Part shown: positions 21,784-32,969 of the stretch, piece by piece
How positions within the stretch are numbered: the stretch's first letter is position 1
Layout of the letters: each line of letters begins with the position of its first letter
Assembly (NCBI GenBank): GCA_964486045.1
Contig: CAZALK010000002.1
Location: forward strand, 96,001 to 160,000
DNA from: an uncultured archaeon
Lineage (GTDB): Archaea; Asgardarchaeota; Lokiarchaeia; Sigyniarchaeales; SOKP01
Direction: 5' to 3'
Length of the DNA stretch: 64,000 nt
The notes under the pieces: model-generated
Seen by the model: the letters and a program-made list of their open reading frames with translations, nothing else
What the model was told of the DNA's origin: nothing
Databases searched by the model: none
Made by a program: the position numbers and the translations under genes

Positions 21784-22386
21784 ATGGGAATCTCTTCAAA
21801 AAAAGGGTCAAAGTATGCTAAAGAAGTAATAGACAAGCATAAAAAAGAAAAAAATGTAGAACAAGAAGAAACAGAAAAAGCCATAATTATAGAAAAATTT
21901 GAAAATTCCTTAGATATATTGTTTATCATGTTTATGAACTTAATTCAATTAAAAACAGGCTCCAGAATTGGAATGTCAGTTTCTACGGATTTAACTCGAG
22001 ATACATCAAAACTATTTACCGAAAGAATCGATAAATTCCATAATATTTTAGATAAAAACCGAGAAGTTTTAAATGATAAAATTGTTGAGAAAACGGGTAA
22101 ATATTTTGAAATTTTTGCTCCATCGGAGCTTTTAACCCCAGATGAATTCTTAAAATCAGATATAGCTTTAAATATATTAAAGGAATTTATCCATAAATAC
22201 AATAGATCTCTGAGTAGTTTTGATCGTATTTCAACAGCGTTAAAACAGTTGACTAATATCTCAAAACTTGACGGGGATTTTAAAGAACCACAAGTCAAGA
22301 AAGACAAAAAATTTATAGAGGCACTTTTGAAATTGATGATCTTAATCTCCAAACCTCCAAAAGGTATCTATGATTTTTTATCCTAA
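21784..22386 (+). CDS. Hypothetical protein
   Basis: 200-aa ORF, no recognised motif. Confidence 0.6.
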   Translation: MGISSKKGSKYAKEVIDKHKKEKNVEQEETEKAIIIEKFENSLDILFIMFMNLIQLKTGSRIGMSVSTDLTRDTSKLFTERIDKFHNILDKNREVLNDKIVEKTGKYFEIFAPSELLTPDEFLKSDIALNILKEFIHKYNRSLSSFDRISTALKQLTNISKLDGDFKEPQVKKDKKFIEALLKLMILISKPPKGIYDFLS

Positions 22387-22476
22387 TATTTTATGGCAAA
22401 TAAAGGAAATCCTTTATGTTCAGATATAGATCAAGTTTTAAACATTTCAAATACCAAAAACGTAATTAATCAAACC

Positions 22477-22712
22477 TTAACTTATCAGGTTAGTTATTGG
22501 GTTGAAATTTCCGTACAACTTCTTGTGATAATCAGATTTTTAAGTTCGATAGAACACTCCTAATGTGGCTTTTTGTCTCTTTTTAGCAGCTTTTATAGTT
22601 TTAAGATGTGTTTCTGGTTCTTTTTCAAGATATTCAATTTGTTTGCTATATTCTGTCCATTTACGGTAACAAATTGCTGGTTGTAATAACTCTATAAACG
22701 AAAATCCTCCAT
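22477..22712 (-). pseudogene. Degraded duplicate of the korB 3' region (distal copy)
   Basis: GFSFIELLQPAICYRKW...GVFYRT*KSDYHKKLYGNFNPITN is homologous to the 3' part of korB (about 32175-32405); internal stop. Confidence 0.85.
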
Positions 22713-22856
22713 TAAGTGTGGTTTAAAAACTTAGTCTAAATTTCGATGATTGATAAGAAATATTTATCTTTTTCTTTGGTAGTCTTATGTTGATTTTCAA
22801 AAAATGATGAAAATAATTATATATACTAGAAATGATCTAGTATACATAGAACAATT

Positions 22857-23156
22857 ATGAAAATTCTATCAGTAAGAATAGATGATGATCTTGATGAAAA
22901 GTTACGGTTTTTAATGGCAAGCTTAAAAAAAAAAGATAAATCATCATACATCCGTCAATTATTAGAGAAAAGTCTAACTGAGGAAATGTTTGTAATTCTT
23001 TGTAACCAAGTTGGTGAAAAAAACATGAGTGCCTGGAAAGCTGCGGAAAAGGCTGGAGTCTCACTAAGAAAGATGATGGAGGAATTAAAAAAGCGAAATG
23101 TATCAGGATACGATGAACAAGCTATGAAGGAAGATATTGAATATGTCTTAAATTGA
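22857..23156 (+). CDS. UPF0175-family antitoxin with an RHH-like N-terminus
   Basis: LSVRIDD...SAWKAAEKAGVS; overlaps the PIN gene. Confidence 0.8.
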   Translation: MKILSVRIDDDLDEKLRFLMASLKKKDKSSYIRQLLEKSLTEEMFVILCNQVGEKNMSAWKAAEKAGVSLRKMMEELKKRNVSGYDEQAMKEDIEYVLN

Positions 23157-23695
23157 ATAGCCAGAATATGATTGGAATTTTAAATGCTTCACCATTGATA
23201 TATCTAAGCAAAATTGGTGCATTATCTTTAATACCAAAGCTTTTTACTGAATGTTACACCACACTAATCGTTAAAAAGGAGGTATTAAGCAATGACAATG
23301 TTGCTGAATTTTCAGTTTTAAAAGATTCTTTTTCAAGTTGGCTTTTATTAAAAGAACCCATAAATCGAAAACTCGCTCACAGATTAGAAGAATTACACAT
23401 TCATGCTGGAGAAGCGTCAGTGTTAGCTCTTGCAAAGGAATTTCAAGATAATAGTAGAGAAAATGTTATTATTATTGATGATTTAGCAGCACGAGAGATT
23501 GCTAGGACATTGGGTTTAAAAGTCATAGGTACAATAGGCGTCCTCATCAAAGCAACACGAGATAAATTTATTGGTATAGAAAAATGTAAAAATTTTCTTC
23601 ATATTCTGGTAGAAAATACTACATTTAGGATAGCTTCTGCTCTATACTCAAAAATCCTTAAAGAAATTGAAAATATTAATGATAAATTTAACTAA
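23153..23695 (+). CDS. DUF3368-family PIN-domain toxin
   Basis: NASPLIYL, HAGEASV, IIDDLAAR and GTIGVL motifs. Confidence 0.85.
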   Translation: MNSQNMIGILNASPLIYLSKIGALSLIPKLFTECYTTLIVKKEVLSNDNVAEFSVLKDSFSSWLLLKEPINRKLAHRLEELHIHAGEASVLALAKEFQDNSRENVIIIDDLAAREIARTLGLKVIGTIGVLIKATRDKFIGIEKCKNFLHILVENTTFRIASALYSKILKEIENINDKFN

Positions 23696-23727
23696 ATACT
23701 CAACACTTTAAAAATTCATAAATTTTT

Positions 23728-23832
23728 TCATTTAGATCCAAGGATTTTGCAGATTTTATCTAATCCTGTTTCCCTCGACAGTCTTTTAGTAATCGTGTTA
23801 TAATCTCCATATGATTCCTTGTGATATACCTG
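23728..23832 (-). pseudogene. Duplicate of the extreme 3' end of korB (proximal copy)
   Basis: VYHKESYGDYNTITKRLSRETGLDKICKILGSK* versus korB VYHKELYGDHNPITNRLSRDIRLDKIRKILGSQ*. Confidence 0.9.
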
Positions 23833-24008
23833 TTTTTTTAATAATATTAAGCAATTTTGGGTCAAAGTTTTGAGAATGATATTCTCTTTGCCATTCTTCA
23901 TCTCAATCCCACGTATTCAAAATATATTCCTTTAATGGTTTTTTTTTAAGCATGTATAAGAAATAGAAGTCCTTAGATTTGGCTTAATATAATTTCAACA
24001 CATCATTT

Positions 24009-24509
24009 TTATTGCTTCTTTTTCATTATCTCTGTTATTAGTTTATTCCATGTCCAGATGATAACTGCTTTAGTTTCTGGAATTGTTCTAAGGACTTTTT
24101 CTAGCTCTTTATCTTCAGTTAAAAGAATACCATCAAGAGCCACTGCTGCTCCTGATATCCAACAATCCAAAAAATCTAAATGACCCGAGTGCCTAATGAT
24201 TGAAGCTATTAAACTTGCTTTTGGGTTTAATTCGGGATTAAAAATATTTACAGGTGAATTAAGAACTGTTGGGAGTATCAGTTGATATCTGTCTAAAATA
24301 CTAAAATCATTTTGCTTTTTATATTCATTAAGTAGCTTAAAAACAGTTTCTATTAGACATATTGATGGGAGAAATATATCATATTTCTTTATACCGTTTT
24401 TCCATAGTAATTTTATTTGTTCTTCAAATTTGAGAGAAACATCAATTTTGATACCAAAAAGAGGTAAAACATACGTTGTATCGAGAATTATTGAATTAAT
24501 ATTCTTCAT
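24009..24509 (-). CDS. vapC: VapC-type PIN-domain toxin
   Basis: ILDTTY, E, DFLDC and LLTED acidic PIN motifs. Confidence 0.8.
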   Translation of the reverse strand: MKNINSIILDTTYVLPLFGIKIDVSLKFEEQIKLLWKNGIKKYDIFLPSICLIETVFKLLNEYKKQNDFSILDRYQLILPTVLNSPVNIFNPELNPKASLIASIIRHSGHLDFLDCWISGAAVALDGILLTEDKELEKVLRTIPETKAVIIWTWNKLITEIMKKKQ

Positions 24510-24756
24510 TAGTTAACTTCTCCTGAATCTTTCTCTCCTTTTCAATATCTCTTTCAATATTATCTGGAGTACCTGTAGCAATGGTGGTCATAGATAATGC
24601 CTCTTCGACAGAATAAATTTTCTTTATAATTAATTCACCTTCATGGGCTTCAATCATTATCTGATCCCCGGGTTTAATGCCTGAGGCATCTCGTAATGGT
24701 TTTTTCGGCAAAATATCTCCTTTTTTTCCAACAACCGTCTTATCTTGTATAGTCAT
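24496..24756 (-). CDS. vapB: AbrB/MazE-type antitoxin
   Basis: VGKKG.I.PK..R..GIKPGD; overlaps vapC. Confidence 0.8.
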   Translation of the reverse strand: MTIQDKTVVGKKGDILPKKPLRDASGIKPGDQIMIEAHEGELIIKKIYSVEEALSMTTIATGTPDNIERDIEKERKIQEKLTNEEY

Positions 24757-24834
24757 AAAATATATATGTTTTTCAGAATATTTATGTTTTTTCAGAAATT
24801 ACAATATTTTTGAAAAACTCTCTTCCCTAGATAC

Positions 24835-27800
24835 TTATTTAACAATTGGTAGAGTGAAGTAAAAAGTACTTCCTTTACTTTTTCCCTCAGATTCCATCCA
24901 GATTTTCCCCCCATGCGACTCCACAATTCTTTTTGAAATATATAATCCTAAACCCGTACCATCAATCCCTAAATCAAGCCCTTGCCCATACCGTTCAATT
25001 TTACCAAATTTTTGAAAGATTATCTTTTTCTGCTCGTTAGTAAAGCCGATTCCATTGTCTTTTACAGAAATGATCATAAAATCTCCTTCTAATTCAGTTT
25101 TTACTTCAATTTTACCCATTGGTGGAGTATACTTAATCGCATTAGTTATCAAATTTGAAAGAACGCGGTGAATCTCCTCTTTTTCAATATTAACGTACAA
25201 ATCATTTATTATTTCTAATTTAATTGATTGCTTCCTCATTTTTGCCAGCGATTCCAATTCATGCACGCAAAATTTAATAAGAAACGATAAATCCTCTCTT
25301 TGTAATTTTGGTTTTAATTCAGGTGATTCTAATCGAGATGTTTTCAAAAGGTTGTTAATAATATTCTGAAGTCTTTCGCACCCATCATTTATCTCTCTTA
25401 GATTGGAAATAATACCAGTATCTAATTGATCAGCATATAATGATAGAATAAGATCAGAAAAACCTTTAATTGAAATGAGAGGGGTTTTTAATTCGTGCGA
25501 TGCCCTTCTAAGAAATTCGGACTTCAATTTACTTAGCTCTTTTAATTTTTCTTCTACTTTTTTACGTTGTGTATTCTCAATCATTATCCCCTGAACAGCT
25601 TCTAATTTTTTTTTACTATCGTAAATTTTCTGAACTTGATTTAAAATCCATCGAATTTCTCCATTTTTGCGTATGATTCGATATTCTAAACTCTCAGCTT
25701 CAGCTGATGTAGAATGAAATAAGTCAACTTTTTTTCGAATTGTTGCTGTATCATCGGGATAAATAATTTGAATCCATTTTACTTTTCCTGTTTCAAAATC
25801 CTCAGCATTATATCCTGTAATTTCCTCAACCGCACCATCAATGAATGCAAATGAGAAATCTTGATATCCTTGAAATGCAATCCCTTGAATTTTTTGTACA
25901 AAATTGCGATATTTTTCTTCAGAATCTTTTAATTTTTGTTCAATTTTCTTTCTCTCGGTAATGTCTTTGAAGATACCTCTAGCACCCTTAAATTTTCCAT
26001 CAGAACCATACATTGCAACTACGTTTAATTCCCCTATAATTTTAGTACCATCTTTCCCTTTACAATATAAATCTGTTAAAGTAATTCTGCCATTTTTAAT
26101 TAAATTTTTCAATTCTGGAGCGAATATAGGTAGTGTTTCCTCGGCGATCAATTCAGTGATGTGCATATTCATTAATTCCTTTTTTTTATAGCCAATGAAA
26201 TCTCTATTTGCATAGATGATTTTACCTTTATCATCAATGATGTGCATAAAATCTTTAGCAGTTTCCATAAAAGTTCGATGTTTTTCTTCGGATTCCTTTA
26301 ATTCTTGTTTCGTCTTCATACGCTCGGTAATATCTACACCGATTGACTCAAAAGAGACAATTTCATCATCAACATCAAGTATTGGAATAATAGTATACTC
26401 CACTATAACTTCACGACCATCTTTAGCTATCCAATTAAGAACAGCGTTCTTTATTGGTTTTTTATTTTTGTATATCTCATCATTAATTTGTTTTAGCTTT
26501 TCTACATAATCAGGATGAATTATTTTAAATCCAAGGTCATTATTGGATGACCACTCTTCCTTTGAATATCCGAACAACCTCTCAGCAGCAGGATTTACAG
26601 GAATTGAGTGTATAATATCTTTTCCTTTGATTTTCACTCGGAAAATAGCTACATTGGCATTATCAGTTAGACGTTCATAACTTTCCTTTAAATTTCTGAT
26701 TTCTTCTTCGGCTTTCTTGCGTTCGGTAATATCAAAGATGATCCCTTGAGCACCTTCCATTTTTTTTTCATAATCATATTTCTTATGAATATTTTCTGAA
26801 ACCCATTTAGTTTCCCCATCTTTCCTGACGATTTGATACTCTCGACTGTCACTTTCTGCTGAAATTGAATGAAACGATTCAACTTTTTTTTGAACTCTTG
26901 ATACATCATCAGGATGAATAATTTGATCCCATTTTATTCTTTCTGTCATAAAATCTTCAGTTGTATATCCAGTAATTTCCTCAACCGCACCTTCAAAAAA
27001 AGTAGCTGAAAAATCTTGGTATCCTTGATACGCGATCCCTTGAATATTTTGCACAAAATTTCGATATTTTTCTTCAGATTCTTTTAATTTTAGTTCGGCT
27101 TTCTTTTGTTCGGTGATATCAAATATTACACCACTAACTTTAATGGGCTTATTTTGGTTATCACATATGTTTTGAAAATGTTCTTGAATCCATGCAATTT
27201 TTTTATCTTTGTGAATAATACGAAATTCTTGTACAGCTGAATAATGAGGAATAGTGCGAATTTTTTTAGCATTCTCAAGTATATTAGGAAGATCATCAGG
27301 ATATATAAGTTGATCCCATGTTATTTCTCTAGAAAGAAATTTCTTTTCGAGGTATCCAGTTATTTTCTCGATATTACCAAGGAAAAAAGAAGATTTAAAG
27401 TACAAGTCACCTTCATAAGCTATTCCTTGAAAATTTTCGAGGAAATAACGATATTTTTCTTCAGATACTTTTAATTTTTGTGTCCTTCTCTCAACCTTCT
27501 GTTCTAACTTGTGAGTTAGATTTTTTAATTTTTCTTCAGACTCTTTTAATTTTACCTCCTTTGCTTTATATTCTGTTAAATCAACAAAAGTCTCTTCAGA
27601 AGAAATAATTTCTCCATCAAATCCCTTATTTAATTTTATATTTACTTGTAAAAAGATCTTTTCTCCATCTATTTTTTTAGCTGGAGCTAAGTATTTCCTA
27701 ACGGTGCTTTCTTTATAAAGAATATCTCTGAATTTACTCCGCTCTTTAGAATTTAACCAATAATTTAAACCTTTAGTACCAACTAATCTTTTTTTTGGAT

Positions 27801-27945
27801 TATATCCAAAAATCTTATTTTAAGTAAAATTATGATTTAAAATAATACCATCGATCCCAACTTTTACATAACCAATATCTAAATCATTAAGTGTTTCTAG
27901 TAAAACTTCTTCTGGATTATAATTTTCATTACTTACAGATGTCAT
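24835..27945 (-). pseudogene. Multi-PAS histidine kinase with an in-frame TAA at codon 42
   Basis: ATG 27945 follows GAGGT. The frame is continuous except for TAA at 27822-27820. HisKA ASHELKTPL and HATPase boxes are intact. Confidence 0.8.
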
Positions 27946-28094
27946 AATTTATCATACCTCTCTTACTTATGAAGAAATCACTCTATTTGGTTAAATAAAT
28001 AGAACTAATTAAATATTAATATAAAATGAAATACGGTTTTATTAACTTTTGTCAAATTTCAACATTGAATCCTAAAAACTTTTATACTGAATTA

Positions 28095-28443
28095 ATTAAA
28101 AGAACCTGTAAATCGACAACTCGTCGAGAGAATAGAAGAATTACACATTCATGCTGGAGAAGCGTCAGTATTAGCCCTTGCAAAGGAATTTCAAGATAAT
28201 AGTAGAGAAAACGTTATTATAATTGATGATTTAGCAGCACGAGAGATTGCTAGGACATTGGGTTTAAAAGTCACAGGTACGATAGGTATCCTCATCAAAG
28301 CAACACGCCTTAAATTTATTGGGAGGGTAAAATGTAAAAATTTTCTGCATAATCTCGTAGAAAATACTACATTTAGGATATCTTCTGCTCTATACTCAAA
28401 AATCCTTAAAGAAATTGAAATGATTAATGATAAAGATCTTTAA
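28095..28443 (+). pseudogene. 5'-truncated duplicate of the DUF3368 PIN toxin gene
   Basis: Highly similar in nucleotide sequence to 23347-23690; lacks the 5' third and an antitoxin. Confidence 0.9.
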
Positions 28444-28531
28444 TCCAAATAAACACTGAATTTATAATCTAAAAACACCCATTCTAAATCTATAAATTTA
28501 GGAAAAAGTTAAGGAAAAAAGCAAAATATTA

Positions 28532-31500
28532 TTATTTTTTTGCAATTGGAAGAGTAAAGTAAAAAGTAGTTCCTCTACTTTTCCCTTCTGATTCCATCCA
28601 GATTTTTCCTTGATGTGATTCGACAATTCTTTTAGCAATATAAAGTCCTAATCCAGTCCCATCAATCCCTAAATCAAGTCCTTGCCCATAACGTTCAATT
28701 TTGCCAAATTGTTGAAAGATTATCTTTTTCTGCTCGCTAGTGAAGCCTATTCCATTGTCCTTTACCGAAATAACTACAAAATCTTTTTTTAACTCAGTTT
28801 TTATTGTAATTTTACCCTTTGGTGGAGTGTACTTAATTGCATTAGTTAGCAAGTTTGAAATAACGTCATGAATCTCTTCTTTTTCAATATTTGCGTACAA
28901 ATCGCTGTGTACATCTAATTTAATCATTTGATTCCTTTTTTCTGCCAAAGATTCTAATTCATGTACGCAGTATTTAATAAGAAATGATAAATCTTCTTTT
29001 TGGAATTTTGGTTCTAATTCAGGTGATTCTAATCTTGACGTTTTTAAAAGGTTATTAATAATATTCTGGAGTCTTTCACACCCGCCATTTATCTCTCTAA
29101 GTTTTGAAATAATAACTGGATCTAATTGATCAATATATAGAGATAAAATAAGATCGGAGAATCCCTTAATTGAAATAAGTGGGGTTTTTAATTCGTGAGA
29201 CGCCCTTCTAAGGAATTCTGACTTCAATTTACTTAACTCTTTTAATTCTTCCTCTACCTTTTTACTTTGAGTAATATCAACTATGATTCCCTGAACTCCT
29301 TCAATCATTTTTATATTATCATAGATCTTCTGATTTTTCTCTAAAATCCATCGAAGTTCTCCATCCTTCCGTACAACTCGATATTCTCGACTGTCAGTTT
29401 CAGCAGAAGTAGAATGAAATGTTTCAACCTTTTTTTGAATTATTGGTCTATCATCAGGATAAATAATGTGATCCCATTTTATTCTTCCTGTTCTAAAATC
29501 TTCAGGAGTATATCCTGTAATATCCTCAACGGCACCATCGAAAAAAGCAACTGAGAAATCTTGGTAACCTTGAAATGCAATCCCTTGAATATTTTGCACA
29601 AAAGTTCGATATTTTTCTTCAGATTCTTTTAATTTTAGTTCTGCTCTTTTTTTTTCGGTTACATCCATAGAATGGCCCACTAAAGCAGTAACTTTACCAG
29701 ACTGAAATACTGGGCCAACCCAAACTTCGAAAAATCGAACATCACCTTCTTTCGTTATATAATTTGTGAAATATGTGACTGGTTTACCTGTTTTCCAAAC
29801 TGAATTAAATGAATTTCTCGCTACTTGGTGAAATTCTTGTGGTACGAAAGTGTAAACAGAAGTACCAATGACTTCTTCTTTTGAAAGATCGGGAACTGTG
29901 CGGTTAATAGAGAGAATTCTATGTTCTCTATCTAACAACATTATGTGAGCAGGTGAGTTCTCACTAAGAGCCTTCCATTTTTCTTGGGATTCTTTTAATT
30001 TTTTTTCAAATTCCACACGTTCAGTGATATCAATAGCAGAACCAAGAATTTGTAATACTTGACCACCGCTATTTCTTTTGAACACCATAGCTCTATCAAA
30101 TACATGCACCCACTGCCCATTTTTATGTCTAAATCGATATTCCCCCTCGATTATCTCATTATCTGCTGCACTCATTAATTTTTCCATGACTTGATTAAAT
30201 TTACTTTCATCACTGGGGTGTAGTATACTTGGAAGAACATTATTTTCTAAACCAGATAATTCTTCAGGAGTATATCCCAGTATTGCTTTAACATGTGGAG
30301 CAGAATATATATTCTGGTTTTTTTCCCAATCATAAATGTATACGTGACTTGGAACTGTATTTAAAATATTTTTAACAAATTTTTCCGATTCTTTTAAACT
30401 TTGCTCTGCGTTTTTACTTTCTGTAATGTCTTGTAGTGTCGCAAGAAAATGTTTTACCGATCCATCTGAATTTCTGATGCAAGATATCGTCAAATGGGCA
30501 TAAATAATTTCTCCATTTTTTTTAATATATCGTTTATCTATTTGATAGCTATCTATTTCACCTTTCAGAATTTTATTAAATTGCTCAACATCAGATTGTA
30601 AGTCTTCGGGATAACTAAGATCTGCCCATGTCTTTTCTAGCAGTTCTTCTCTTGTAAATCCAAATATTTCGCAGATTTGATCATTATAATATACCCATTT
30701 CTTATCTATTGAAATAATTGCCATTCCAATATTTCCAAAATCCAAGAATCCCCGGAATTTTTCTTCGGATTCTTTTAATTTCAGTTCTGCTTGTTTTTTT
30801 TCTGTTACATCCATGGAATGACTCACTAAGGCGAAAACCTTACCAGATTGAATTACTGGGCCAATCCAAACATCAAAAAACTGAGTTTCACCTTCTTTAG
30901 TTATGTAGTTTGTGGAATATGTAGTTGGTTCCCCTGTTTCCCAAACTGAATTAAGAGAATCTCTCGCTATTTGGTGAAATTCTTGTGGTACGAAAGTGTA
31001 AACAGAAGTACCAATGACTTCTTCTTTTGAAAGATCGGGAACTGTGCGGTTAATAGAGAGAATTCTATGTTCTCTATCTAACAACATTATGTGAGCAGGT
31101 GAGTTCTCACTAAGAGCCTTCCATTTTTCTTGGGATTCTTTTAATTTTAGCTCTGCATCTTTGGCTTCGGTAATATCTCGTATTATAGTAATTATTTGAA
31201 TAACATTTTCTTCATCATCAAAAATAGGGATTTTTCGAGTCTCTGTTGTAATTTCTTTTCCATCAAGGAATGTGCATTCGACTGTTATCAGTGGGCTCTT
31301 ATTGTTAAAAACTGAACGATATTCGTCTAATACATTGTCAGGTAAGAAAGGGAAAGCTTCGTTTATAGTCATTCCGATCAAGATTTTACCTAAGTTAAAA
31401 TTTATAATAGATTCTCTAAGAGCGTCATTAATTAAGACAATTTCGAGATCTTGATTAATTACATGCAGCGGGTCTTCTAGTCCATTAATAATAGCCCGTA

Positions 31501-31945
31501 GTTTTTCCTCAGATTCCTTTAATTTTTCTTCTGCCATCTTACGTTTAGTTATATCAACAGAACGAACTAAATATCCTACAATCTGACCAGCATCAAGTAG
31601 AGGACTAACTTGAGCTTCAAAAAAATAATTATCCCCTTCTTTATCACGGTATCCCGTCTCATAATTGCCTAATTCACCAGTATTTAAGACTTTTTCAAAA
31701 ACCTTTTTCATATTCTCTCTATATTTTTCTAGAACGAATTGATAAATTGGTTTGCCAATCACTTCCTCAATACTTAAATCAGGGACAGTACGATTAATTA
31801 GCAATATATTGCCTTTGAGATCTAGCTGCATTATATAATCAGGAGTAAATTGAGTTATAGAACGCCATCTTTCTTCAGATTCTAACAATTTTTGAATAGT
31901 ATTTTTTTCATTAGATATTTGCTGATTTGAATTCATAAATCCCAA
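28532..31945 (-). CDS. Multi-PAS sensor histidine kinase
   Basis: About seven PAS/PAC units; ASHELKTPL, DNGIG and GTGLGL motifs; kinase core nearly identical to the neighbouring kinase. Confidence 0.9.
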   Translation of the reverse strand: MGFMNSNQQISNEKNTIQKLLESEERWRSITQFTPDYIMQLDLKGNILLINRTVPDLSIEEVIGKPIYQFVLEKYRENMKKVFEKVLNTGELGNYETGYRDKEGDNYFFEAQVSPLLDAGQIVGYLVRSVDITKRKMAEEKLKESEEKLRAIINGLEDPLHVINQDLEIVLINDALRESIINFNLGKILIGMTINEAFPFLPDNVLDEYRSVFNNKSPLITVECTFLDGKEITTETRKIPIFDDEENVIQIITIIRDITEAKDAELKLKESQEKWKALSENSPAHIMLLDREHRILSINRTVPDLSKEEVIGTSVYTFVPQEFHQIARDSLNSVWETGEPTTYSTNYITKEGETQFFDVWIGPVIQSGKVFALVSHSMDVTEKKQAELKLKESEEKFRGFLDFGNIGMAIISIDKKWVYYNDQICEIFGFTREELLEKTWADLSYPEDLQSDVEQFNKILKGEIDSYQIDKRYIKKNGEIIYAHLTISCIRNSDGSVKHFLATLQDITESKNAEQSLKESEKFVKNILNTVPSHVYIYDWEKNQNIYSAPHVKAILGYTPEELSGLENNVLPSILHPSDESKFNQVMEKLMSAADNEIIEGEYRFRHKNGQWVHVFDRAMVFKRNSGGQVLQILGSAIDITERVEFEKKLKESQEKWKALSENSPAHIMLLDREHRILSINRTVPDLSKEEVIGTSVYTFVPQEFHQVARNSFNSVWKTGKPVTYFTNYITKEGDVRFFEVWVGPVFQSGKVTALVGHSMDVTEKKRAELKLKESEEKYRTFVQNIQGIAFQGYQDFSVAFFDGAVEDITGYTPEDFRTGRIKWDHIIYPDDRPIIQKKVETFHSTSAETDSREYRVVRKDGELRWILEKNQKIYDNIKMIEGVQGIIVDITQSKKVEEELKELSKLKSEFLRRASHELKTPLISIKGFSDLILSLYIDQLDPVIISKLREINGGCERLQNIINNLLKTSRLESPELEPKFQKEDLSFLIKYCVHELESLAEKRNQMIKLDVHSDLYANIEKEEIHDVISNLLTNAIKYTPPKGKITIKTELKKDFVVISVKDNGIGFTSEQKKIIFQQFGKIERYGQGLDLGIDGTGLGLYIAKRIVESHQGKIWMESEGKSRGTTFYFTLPIAKK
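29825..31148. repeat. Identical 178-bp intragenic repeat (29825-30002 and 30971-31148)
   Basis: Both copies encode KLKESQEKWKALSENSPAHIMLLDREHRILSINRTVPDLSKEEVIGTSVYTFVPQEFHQ. Confidence 0.9.
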
Positions 31946-32125
31946 CTTTTAACATGTAAAATCCAGATTTTGGTTTAAAAATCTAACAAAATTAAAGTAA
32001 TAGAAATAACTTATAAGGTTTTTTAATCCTTTTTATAACTAAATAATAGCCATAATTGTAAAAGGAAAAATAAAGCAATAAATTCATTTTAATTGAAGAA
32101 GATTATTAGACATAAGGCTTTTTCT

Positions 32126-32965
32126 TCATTGAGATCCAAGAATTTTGCGGATTTTATCTAATCGTATGTCCCTCGACAGTCTATTCGTTATAGGGTTATG
32201 ATCTCCATATAATTCCTTATGATAAACAGGGCTCTGAGTCTGATAAAAAACACCCAAAGTAAACTTATGTTTAGTTTTGGCAGTTTTTATTGCTTCGAGA
32301 TGAGATTCTGGTTCTTTATCTAAATATTCAATTTGCTTACTATATTCTCCCCATTTACGGTAAGAAATCGCGGGTTGCAATACTTCTATAAATGAGAATC
32401 CGTCGTGAACAGTTGCTAGCACGATCATATCTGTAAGATGTTTTATATCTCCTGAAAAACTCCTGGCAACAAATGAAGCTCCAGCTTCAATCATCAATGA
32501 AATTGCATGAAACGGTTGTTCAAAACTTCCTTTTGGTGTAGAAGGCCCTTTCCAACCTTTTTCTGTTAAAGGGGAGAATTGTCCTGTTGTAAGGGCATAT
32601 ACACTATTATTATGCAAAATATAAGTCATATCTTGATTTCTTTTTGCCGCGAACATAGTATGTGCTAAACCTTCACCTAATCCATTTCCATCACCAGAAA
32701 AATTAATTACTTTTAAATCTGGATTTGCAATTTTGATACCTTCAGAGTTTGAACTGTTTCTTCCGTGTAATCCATAAATACCACTAAGATTTAAATAATC
32801 AAAAATTTTCGCATGACACCCAATACCCGCGGTAATTACAATATTTTCTCTTCTAATCCCATTCTCCTCTAAAAGTGGAATCGCATCTCTTATCGCAGTA
32901 AAAATTCCGAAATTACCACACCCGGGACACCATGTATTCTCAGCATATGTTTTTATATCTTCCAT
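32126..32965 (-). CDS. korB: 2-oxoacid:ferredoxin oxidoreductase beta subunit
   Basis: WCPGCG, GIGC, HGR, GDG and NNSVYALTTGQ motifs. Confidence 0.9.
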   Translation of the reverse strand: MEDIKTYAENTWCPGCGNFGIFTAIRDAIPLLEENGIRRENIVITAGIGCHAKIFDYLNLSGIYGLHGRNSSNSEGIKIANPDLKVINFSGDGNGLGEGLAHTMFAAKRNQDMTYILHNNSVYALTTGQFSPLTEKGWKGPSTPKGSFEQPFHAISLMIEAGASFVARSFSGDIKHLTDMIVLATVHDGFSFIEVLQPAISYRKWGEYSKQIEYLDKEPESHLEAIKTAKTKHKFTLGVFYQTQSPVYHKELYGDHNPITNRLSRDIRLDKIRKILGSQ

Positions 32966-32969
32966 TTCT

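Noticed and set aside
29825-31148. Diversity-generating retroelement TR/VR pair among the repeats
   Set aside because: This repeat is identical, the other duplicates differ mostly at synonymous sites without evident adenine specificity, and no reverse transcriptase is present.
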